Assembly (NCBI GenBank): GCA_041743715.1
Contig: JBGTMH010000045.1
Span: forward strand, 18,092-82,091
Length of the DNA stretch: 64,000 bases
Source of the DNA: Patescibacteria group bacterium
Lineage (GTDB): Bacteria > Patescibacteriota > Microgenomatia > Levybacterales > UBA12049
Reading direction: 5' to 3'
The position numbers and the translations under genes are program-made. Shown piece by piece: positions 41,377 to 48,674 of this stretch (the first letter of the stretch is position 1; every line of letters starts with the position of its first letter). Under the pieces are notes generated by a model. The model searched no databases. It was given only the letters and a program-made list of their open reading frames with translations, and was not told the DNA's origin.

Positions 41377-44300
41377 ATGTTTGGAAGTATTTTTAATCAA
41401 AAGAAAAATCAAGATCAGGCTGCGCCACCGCAGCCAAATCAGGCACCTGCTGATGGTTCTCAGCCTGCTCAGACAGCTTCTGCTGATCCAAATGCAGAAC
41501 AACTCCAACCACAAACGCCTCAAACGCAGCCTCCTACTGGGGGTGCTCAAGATCCCAATGCGCCACAGACAGCTGGGGGTACTCCCCAAGATCCAAACGC
41601 TCCTCAGGATCCTAATGCTCCGCAAGATCCAAATGCACCGAAAGATCCAAACGCTCCCCAGGATCCTAATGCTCCGAAGGATCCAAACGCTCCACAAGAT
41701 CCAAATGCAGCAGGAAAACCGGGGCAGCCGGGACAACCAGGTGCAAAACCTGATCCAAATAACCCTGTAGCAGCGGCCAATGCATCGGCGCTCAGTCATC
41801 TTGATCCGCGTGCTACTCAGGTGCTCACACATGCACAGGAAGAGACCAAGCGAATAAAACAGCAGATGGTCGAACCTGACCAAATTCTGATTGGACTCCT
41901 CTATGATGAGAAAATTTTTGCCTCCCTTAAGGAATTACAAGCAGATGGCGGTGTCATCTCCAAAGAAATTCAAGCTGCTGAAAAAATGGGTGTGTATAAA
42001 GGTCAGCCCACGCTGAGTAAACCGTCTCAAGAAATATTTGAGCAGGCATATCGCGACTCAAAAATGCGCGGTGCGAATTTCATTACACCTGAGGATATTT
42101 TTGTTGTTATGTTCGATCCTAAGTATTCAACGTCCAAATTTTTGGAGAAACATAATCTTAAAAAAGATATGGTCGTTGAAAAATTGGCAAAGGACCCCAA
42201 ACTTAACTTTGCCAAGAGAACAGTTCTTGAAAAATATGGTATTGATTTAACAGAAGAAGCTCGTGCAGGAAAGCTGGACCCTGTTGCCGGTCGAGACAAA
42301 GAAATGGACCGAATGGTACATATTCTCCTGCGAAGAACCAAAAACAATCCTATAATCATTGGAGAAACCGGTGTTGGAAAAACCGCTATTGTCGAGGGAT
42401 TGGCGCAAAAGATTGTCGCGGGTACAGTCCCCAAGGATTTGTTAGAAAAACGAATTTTTCAGTTGGATGTCGCGTCCCTTATTGCCGGGGCGAGTCACCG
42501 TGGAGAATTTGAAGAGCGATTAAAGGAAGTTATTAATGAAGTACTTGGTTCCAACAACCGCATTATTTTGTTTATCGATGAAATCCACTCACTTATGGGA
42601 AATGGTGATGGTGAAGGTATGAATGCCGCCAATATCATAAAACCCCACTTGGCTCGCGGTCACTTTCAACTGATTGGTGCAACGACGACGATTGAGTATC
42701 GAAAGAATTTTGAAAAAGATAAAGCGTTTGAACGTCGTTTCCAGCCTGTCACAGCTGAGGAACCGAGTGAAGAAAACGCGTTTGAGATGATGAAGGTGCT
42801 TCGTCCGAAATATGAGAAGTTTCATAAAATCCAATTCCCTGATGAGGCGCTGAAAGAATGTGTCAAATTATCCAAAAAATACATTGGTGAGCGCTACCTT
42901 CCTGATAAAGCAATTGATTTACTTGATGAAGCATCAGCTGAAGTAAAATTACAGATTGATGCAGGTAATCGCGGTGGCGGCGACAGTGTGGTTAAAAAAA
43001 CTGACATTGAAAAAGTGGTCAGTGCATGGACAGGAATTCCAATTACGAAGTTGACAGAGGATGAAAGTGAGAAATTACTCAAGCTTGAAGATCGTATCCA
43101 CAAACGATTGATTGATCAAGAACAGGCAGTGGGTGCGGTTTCGGAAGCCGTCAGACGTGGAAGAATTGGACTGGCAGCTGCCAATAGACCGATTGCCTCA
43201 TTTGTTTTCCTCGGACCAACCGGTGTTGGAAAAACAGAACTTGCCAAAACGCTTGCAGAGTTGCTTTTTGGAAAAGATGATGCTATGGCTCGACTGGATA
43301 TGTCAGAGTACATGGAAAAGCATGAGGTCGCCAAGCTCATCGGTGCGCCTCCAGGATATGTCGGTTATGAGGAAGGTGGACAGCTGACTGAAGCGGTTCG
43401 TAAAAAGCCTTATTCAATTGTGCTTCTAGACGAAATTGAGAAAGCACATCCTGATGTGTTTAATATCTTGCTGCAGCTTTTGGAGGACGGACGACTGACT
43501 GATAATAAAGGTAATACAATTTCCTTTAAAAATACGATTGTTATTTGTACCAGTAACATTGGAAGTCAGACGATTCAGAAATATTTGAGTCAGATTGATC
43601 CGAAAGCGAAAAAGAATACAGAACAATCCGAAAAAGTCTTTAAAGAACTCTCCGATAAGGTCAAAGACGAGTTAATCAAATTCTTCAGACCTGAGCTTCT
43701 CAATCGTTTTGATGAGGTTGTTATCTTTAAGCCATTGTTGATGGAGCACATGGCAGGTATCGCGCGTCTAGGTATTTCCAAAACTGCAAAGCTTCTCAAG
43801 GAGCAAGGATACGGTTTGCAAATTACTGAAAAGGCAATAGCACAGTTGGCAAAGGACGGATACGATCCTGTTTATGGAGCACGACCTTTGAGGAGACTTA
43901 TCCAAACTGCTATTGAAAATCCTATTGCTTTGGCTATTATTTCCAAAAAGTTTGTACCCGGAGATACGATTGTTATTGATTTTAGCGAGAACACCAATGA
44001 ATTCACCTTTAGTAAAGATGGTGGCAAAGAAGATTTGGCACCGTTGACTGATGAGCAATTCCGAACTGTCTTGTCACAACTTGCCAATCCTGACACAGTC
44101 ACCAATGCTCTTGACCGGCAGCATTTCGCGGAAGTACATGACAAGTTGATACTCGCACGGTCTGAAAATAATAAGACCGCGACTGCTATCTTGGAAGTGA
44201 CTGTTACAACTGACGTTGCAAAAATTAAAGCCATACGAAAAGAACTTGATGATGCAAAAGCCAAAGGTGATGCGTTGGCGCAAGAAATTTTAGAGTTGGC

Positions 44301-45675
44301 AGCAAGCATGGCCCATCAAATCCAAGCTTCTCTCAAGCTGAAAAAGATTCTACTTCAGATCATCCATCCGGAAGCGATTACAGATCTTGCGAAGAAAGAG
44401 AAATTTACACAACTGCATGACAAGGTAGTAGAGGCAAGTCAGCGAGATAATGCTCTGGCGCTTAAGATTCTGGCAGTCAATGAGACAACACCGGAAGCTG
44501 CGATTGACGAGCTTATGGATGAACTCAAGGCAGCCCGTGAGCAGGGGGATGATTTGGCGGAGACTATTCTATCAGTGGTCAATAGCGAAATTACATCGGA
44601 AGCAGACGCAGCTCGTGAACAAGAGCCTGAGACGAAATTTAAAAATGTACTCAAACAAATTATTAATCCGCTCTATGCGGCAACGCCTGAAAATAAAGCT
44701 AAATTCACCTTAATTTATGAGAAGATCTCCAAAGCCAATGAAGAAAATAATCCCTTGGCTGCAAAAATACTTGCAATTACTGATTTGACTTCAAATGGTG
44801 ATATCAAGCTGCTGAAAGAGGATCTTGAAAAAGCGAAAGCAGAGGGTGATCCGTTAGCCAAAGAAATACTGGAAACAATTGAGGAGGAGATAAAGATGGA
44901 ACCTTTGAGGAAGTTTAAGAAGGGTATTCTTCTTATCGCGACACCGGCTACTGCAGAAACTCCGAAAGAGCGGGAACACTATGCGGGAATTCAGACAAAA
45001 GTTACCGAAGCCGGTCAAAAAGGCAATCAACTCGCGACTGCTGTCCTGGCAGTAAAAGACACAATTACTCCTGATGAGCTACAAAAATTATTGGAACAAT
45101 TTACCAAGGCTGCAGCAGAAAAAGATGAGGTGGCACTATTGATACTAGAAGCTGTTGGAATGGGAGGAGTAGGATCTGCTCAAGCAGAGGGCGATGGGAA
45201 TGAAAAATCACCTGAGGAAATGGCTGCCGAACAAAAAGAACAAGCCGAAAAACAAGCACAAGATGGTTCTGCACCTCCGGCAGATGGCACAAATCCTGAT
45301 CAAGCAGGAGAACCTATGACGGCTGCCTCTCTTGACGCAGGTTCACCAGCTCCAACAGATACACCACCAGCTCCAGCAGGTGCGGAGATGCCTGTTCCTG
45401 ATGCAGCTTCAGCTCAACCAGCAGTACAAGATGCAACTTCAGCAACAACTCCTCCTACTGACTATGCAGGACCTGCAATTCAACCGCCACCTGCACCATC
45501 AGCTCCTCCACCTGCAGCAAGTGGCGCAGCAGTAGGTACTATGGCAAATGGAGCAACAAGTACAACCGGAGCTCCTGTTAATCCACAATCTGTTTACAAT
45601 TTCTCCGGCATACCAGCGTCATCGCGACCAATAAACTACATCGCCCCTCAGACGACACAAGAAGAGGTAGAATAA
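41377..45675 (+). CDS. Clp/Hsp100 double-AAA+ ATPase lacking an M-domain, with N-terminal PQDPNA repeats and a ~540-aa C-terminal repeat extension
   Basis: Clp_N-like region from aa ~141. D1 is [15 protein letters not shown] / FIDEIHSL. D2 is [15 protein letters not shown] / [27 protein letters not shown] / GARPLRR. Only ~20 aa lie between the D1 small domain and VVSAWTGIP (no coiled-coil), and no IG[FL] loop was seen. aa 890-1263 are four repeat modules, followed by a P/A-rich tail. Confidence 0.85.
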   Translation: MFGSIFNQKKNQDQAAPPQPNQAPADGSQPAQTASADPNAEQLQPQTPQTQPPTGGAQDPNAPQTAGGTPQDPNAPQDPNAPQDPNAPKDPNAPQDPNAPKDPNAPQDPNAAGKPGQPGQPGAKPDPNNPVAAANASALSHLDPRATQVLTHAQEETKRIKQQMVEPDQILIGLLYDEKIFASLKELQADGGVISKEIQAAEKMGVYKGQPTLSKPSQEIFEQAYRDSKMRGANFITPEDIFVVMFDPKYSTSKFLEKHNLKKDMVVEKLAKDPKLNFAKRTVLEKYGIDLTEEARAGKLDPVAGRDKEMDRMVHILLRRTKNNPIIIGETGVGKTAIVEGLAQKIVAGTVPKDLLEKRIFQLDVASLIAGASHRGEFEERLKEVINEVLGSNNRIILFIDEIHSLMGNGDGEGMNAANIIKPHLARGHFQLIGATTTIEYRKNFEKDKAFERRFQPVTAEEPSEENAFEMMKVLRPKYEKFHKIQFPDEALKECVKLSKKYIGERYLPDKAIDLLDEASAEVKLQIDAGNRGGGDSVVKKTDIEKVVSAWTGIPITKLTEDESEKLLKLEDRIHKRLIDQEQAVGAVSEAVRRGRIGLAAANRPIASFVFLGPTGVGKTELAKTLAELLFGKDDAMARLDMSEYMEKHEVAKLIGAPPGYVGYEEGGQLTEAVRKKPYSIVLLDEIEKAHPDVFNILLQLLEDGRLTDNKGNTISFKNTIVICTSNIGSQTIQKYLSQIDPKAKKNTEQSEKVFKELSDKVKDELIKFFRPELLNRFDEVVIFKPLLMEHMAGIARLGISKTAKLLKEQGYGLQITEKAIAQLAKDGYDPVYGARPLRRLIQTAIENPIALAIISKKFVPGDTIVIDFSENTNEFTFSKDGGKEDLAPLTDEQFRTVLSQLANPDTVTNALDRQHFAEVHDKLILARSENNKTATAILEVTVTTDVAKIKAIRKELDDAKAKGDALAQEILELAASMAHQIQASLKLKKILLQIIHPEAITDLAKKEKFTQLHDKVVEASQRDNALALKILAVNETTPEAAIDELMDELKAAREQGDDLAETILSVVNSEITSEADAAREQEPETKFKNVLKQIINPLYAATPENKAKFTLIYEKISKANEENNPLAAKILAITDLTSNGDIKLLKEDLEKAKAEGDPLAKEILETIEEEIKMEPLRKFKKGILLIATPATAETPKEREHYAGIQTKVTEAGQKGNQLATAVLAVKDTITPDELQKLLEQFTKAAAEKDEVALLILEAVGMGGVGSAQAEGDGNEKSPEEMAAEQKEQAEKQAQDGSAPPADGTNPDQAGEPMTAASLDAGSPAPTDTPPAPAGAEMPVPDAASAQPAVQDATSATTPPTDYAGPAIQPPPAPSAPPPAASGAAVGTMANGATSTTGAPVNPQSVYNFSGIPASSRPINYIAPQTTQEEVE
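41584..41709 (+). repeat. Seven tandem 18-bp units encoding P(Q/K)DPNA
   Basis: A contiguous run of 7 x 18 bp (ccNcaRgatccWaaYgcN) at 41584-41709, with one further diverged copy at 41548-41565. Confidence 0.85.
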
Positions 45676-45692
45676 CTGATTATAATAATTTT

Positions 45693-46064
45693 ATGGGAAG
45701 TATTGTTGAGCTAAATGACACACTACAGATAACAAAAGAGCAAGGGTTTCCTCAAGATCTTGATCTTGAAAAGCATTTAAAAAATCCATTAAAAGCAGAA
45801 GATTTTGCTGGTATTGAGTTTGAATTTCACAGCAAACCTAAGATTAGAAATTATCAGGCATCACCTATACGTAACTTCTTAGTCGAAAATAGAGGTGGAA
45901 AATGGATTTATTGGGGATTAGTTCATATTACGGAGGTACAGTTAGATTATAAAAACAATACAACTTCAGGAAAATTTAAAATAGAGTACCTTTATAATCC
46001 TAATGAAATGAAGAAGGCACATGAACTTATCGATAGAAATCCAGACACTAATTACTTCAACTAA
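45693..46064 (+). CDS. Hypothetical protein
   Basis: 123-aa ORF starting 17 nt after the Clp-like stop. No family recognised. Confidence 0.55.
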   Translation: MGSIVELNDTLQITKEQGFPQDLDLEKHLKNPLKAEDFAGIEFEFHSKPKIRNYQASPIRNFLVENRGGKWIYWGLVHITEVQLDYKNNTTSGKFKIEYLYNPNEMKKAHELIDRNPDTNYFN

Positions 46065-46282
46065 AAGGTTGCACTGGTTAGCCACCTGTTTGTATTCATT
46101 CTCTATAGTATGTTGCTTAATTTTTCAAGTTCCTTGCATAGTCAGTTTGGTCAAATACAAATTATTAATAAATCATCTACGGACCAGAAGAGGGAAAAGT
46201 ATAAAATATTTTGCGTCAAGCAGGATTAACAACCGCAGAATTGCTAGTGCTACGAAAAAAATGAGTGACGTTCACCGCGCAT

Positions 46283-46311
46283 TTGACAACAATCTCAAAA
46301 CTATATAAAAT
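46283..46311 (+). promoter_or_regulatory. Promoter TTGACA-17-TAAAAT
   Basis: TTGACA 46283-46288, 17-nt spacer, TAAAAT 46306-46311. ATG 46320 follows after 8 nt with no SD. Confidence 0.5.
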
Positions 46312-46319
46312 GGCACTAT

Positions 46320-46550
46320 ATGAAGAAAATGAATGTTTCAACAAATCAGATGGAGAAATTTGCAGGCATGTGGGTGGCGATTGATCATCAAAACGACAAG
46401 ATTATTGCCGCTGGAGATACCTTTGAAGAAATTGCTCCCTTAGTAAGTGGAAAAATAAAAGATAAAAATAAAATTAAGGCTTCTGCGTTTAAGGTACCAA
46501 CAAAAGACGAAGGTTATCTCATCTTGACCACGTTACATGAGAGCATTTAA
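46320..46550 (+). CDS. Small DUF5678-like protein
   Basis: 76 aa. FAGMWVAIDHQNDKIIAAGDTFEEI resembles the DUF5678 core as I remember it. Overlaps the downstream protease gene by 14 nt. Confidence 0.5.
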   Translation: MKKMNVSTNQMEKFAGMWVAIDHQNDKIIAAGDTFEEIAPLVSGKIKDKNKIKASAFKVPTKDEGYLILTTLHESI

Positions 46551-46926
46551 ATATCAAAGGTTTACCGGAGGAATTTATTTCCCAATTATTACAGTCAACA
46601 TAATTCATAAAAATAAGTTTTTTCGTGTTGATACACTGTTAGATTCAGGAGCAAGCACATCTCTTTTTACACCAGATACTGCAAGACAATTAGGCATTGA
46701 TACCAAATCCGGAAAGAGAATTGTTTTGGGAGGAGTAGGAGGAAAAATTGATGGTTATATTAACAATCTGGAACTGGAAATTGCAGGCAAAAAATTACAC
46801 GCGCCAGTCGTATTTTCCGAAAATTATCAGGTAAGTTTTAATCTCTTAGGACGTGAGGGAATCTTTGAAAATTTCAAAATTACTTTCGACGAAAAAAACC
46901 TCGTGGTAAATTTTGAATCAAAATAA
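46537..46926 (+). CDS. Retropepsin-like (clan AA) aspartic protease
   Basis: VDTLLDSGASTSLF (D-S-G-A catalytic motif) and a C-terminal LLGREGIF...ITFD, typical of single-domain bacterial retropepsin-like proteins. Confidence 0.7.
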   Translation: MRAFKYQRFTGGIYFPIITVNIIHKNKFFRVDTLLDSGASTSLFTPDTARQLGIDTKSGKRIVLGGVGGKIDGYINNLELEIAGKKLHAPVVFSENYQVSFNLLGREGIFENFKITFDEKNLVVNFESK

Positions 46927-46961
46927 GCGAGTAAGTCTCAGCCACCACAATTTAACATTGT

Positions 46962-47948
46962 ATGACTAATTTAATAATACCTTATAAAGATGAATTGGAG
47001 GTATTAACTACCACAAAATCTCTTGTTCAAAATGCCCAATACGTATCAATTAATGAAGGAGCGATTGAAAAAATTATACATCTTATAGAAAATCGTTTGC
47101 AACGAGGTTTGCAGACTGAAAACGCGTTTACTCCCCAAATGCATTATGTCGAAGATGTCCAAGTACTCTTTTTTCAAAATGCTGTTAATTTCTGCTTTTG
47201 GGCAGAAAAAGATACTCCGAAGTGGCAAGTGGAATGGCCTAAAGGAACTATTATTACCGGGGGAGAATTTGGTATGATGGCTTGTTTTAAACGCGCTTTG
47301 GCAGAAGGAGTGCCAGTGACAGATGCACTGTACTGGCAAAATATTACAAAAAAGCAAATAGCGTATTTTTTTAGAAGTAGTAATCAAACAGAAATACCTC
47401 TGTTGGAAAAAAGACGAGAGAATCTCGCTGAGGCCGGCAGAGTTTTAGATGAGAAGTACAACGGACAATTTATACATGTTCTTGAAGCAGCAAAATATGA
47501 CGTAGTGAATTTAGTAAAGTTGACTGCGCAGGAATTTTTATCATTTACGGATAGAGTAACAATAAATAATAGTAAAGTATACTTTCTAAAAAGAGCCCAA
47601 TTTAATGCAAGTGCGATATCAAAACTTACGTATCCAGGAGCTAAAAAAATAAATCGAACCCATCTCCTCACAGCATTTGCTGATTATAAAATTCCACAGA
47701 TGTTGAGAAAGTATGGTGTCATACTATATAAATCAGATTTATCAGAAAGAATTGATAGTTATATCTTACTGCCTGCAGGAAGTACCGAAGAAAGAGAAAT
47801 ACGAGCAAGTTCCATCTGGGCTCTAGAGCTTATAAGACAAAAAATACAAAAATATACTGCTGCACAAATAGCTGATGCATTGTGGCTTATAAGTCAAAAT
47901 CAAACAGATGTTAAACCATATCACCGGACTCGGAGTAGTTATTACTGA
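46962..47948 (+). CDS. Queuosine-salvage family protein (DUF2419/Qng1-like)
   Basis: 328 aa. FWAEKDTPKW and AFADYKIPQMLRKYGVILY resemble the DUF2419 family from memory, not verified. Confidence 0.5.
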   Translation: MTNLIIPYKDELEVLTTTKSLVQNAQYVSINEGAIEKIIHLIENRLQRGLQTENAFTPQMHYVEDVQVLFFQNAVNFCFWAEKDTPKWQVEWPKGTIITGGEFGMMACFKRALAEGVPVTDALYWQNITKKQIAYFFRSSNQTEIPLLEKRRENLAEAGRVLDEKYNGQFIHVLEAAKYDVVNLVKLTAQEFLSFTDRVTINNSKVYFLKRAQFNASAISKLTYPGAKKINRTHLLTAFADYKIPQMLRKYGVILYKSDLSERIDSYILLPAGSTEEREIRASSIWALELIRQKIQKYTAAQIADALWLISQNQTDVKPYHRTRSSYY

Positions 47949-48026
47949 TGAATAATTGCATGTAACTACACGCTATTTTTTCCTTCCTGCATTGTAATTT
48001 ACCACCAGACTCCATATACTTAATAT

Positions 48027-48668
48027 ATGTCCCGAACTCGTTTCGGGCTATTAGTAATGGAAACAAAAGATACGAAACAAGATCCAAAATTAGGCGCAAA
48101 ACCTGAAACAAAAATGCAAATACCAAATAAGTTTTTGGCATTTTTCTCGAACTTTAAAAAGGGGCCTAATGTGGATCCCAAAGCAGGCGCGAAGCCTGAG
48201 AAAAAATTTCAAATTCAAAATATCTCTTCAGCGCTTCCCTTGATTCTCTCGAAATTGAAGAAAGAAACCAAACAGGATCCGAAAGTGGGCGCAAATCAAC
48301 AGCCAAAAACAGACGCGAAGCCTGGAGTACCGTTTCGGATACCCAAATACTTAGTACTTCCCCTAATGTTCTTGAAATTTTGGTTTTATGAAAGTCCTGT
48401 GGGGATATATAAGTTTTTTGCATCGCTTAACAATGCATTTTTCCAGCTTTTTTCGTTGCCACTTCTTGTCAAGACATACTTTAAGCCGCTTAAAAATGAA
48501 TATCGACAAGGACTGGTCGGATTTTCTATTGGAATGGGTATGTTCGTCAAAACCTTTTTTATCATTGCGGATGTTATTATGTTGGTATTATTACTCCTTT
48601 TTGAAGTTACCGTGCTTGTCTCATTTGTTTTTTTGCCAATTGCGACATTTTGGTTGCTTTTTTTGTAA
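48027..48668 (+). CDS. Membrane protein with three N-terminal DPKxGAKP repeats
   Basis: Repeats TKQDPKLGAKPETKMQIPN / NVDPKAGAKPEKKFQIQN / TKQDPKVGANQQPKTDAKPGVPFRIPK, then ~3 TM helices. The real start may be ATG 48057 (METKD...), because 48032-48048 forms a CCCGAA/TTCGGG hairpin. Confidence 0.55.
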   Translation: MSRTRFGLLVMETKDTKQDPKLGAKPETKMQIPNKFLAFFSNFKKGPNVDPKAGAKPEKKFQIQNISSALPLILSKLKKETKQDPKVGANQQPKTDAKPGVPFRIPKYLVLPLMFLKFWFYESPVGIYKFFASLNNAFFQLFSLPLLVKTYFKPLKNEYRQGLVGFSIGMGMFVKTFFIIADVIMLVLLLLFEVTVLVSFVFLPIATFWLLFL

Positions 48669-48674
48669 ACAATT

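Noticed and set aside
39621-41883. Antisense ORFs of 201, 139 and 180 aa opposite the repeat-rich parts of the membrane protein and Clp genes
   Set aside because: They arise from low-complexity and tandem-repeat DNA (for example the WILRS-type peptide opposite the PQDPNA repeat). The sense frames have clear domain content.
45681-45686. TATAAT 7 nt upstream of the 45693 start as an independent promoter
   Set aside because: No acceptable -35 or TGn element precedes it. The gene is more simply co-transcribed with the Clp gene 17 nt upstream.
46021-46308. 95-aa ORF in the 46064-46320 gap
   Set aside because: It overlaps the 3' end of the upstream gene, has no SD or promoter and no motifs, and its 3' part contains the TTGACA-17-TAAAAT promoter of the next gene. 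I also looked there for a tRNA or other structured RNA and saw none.
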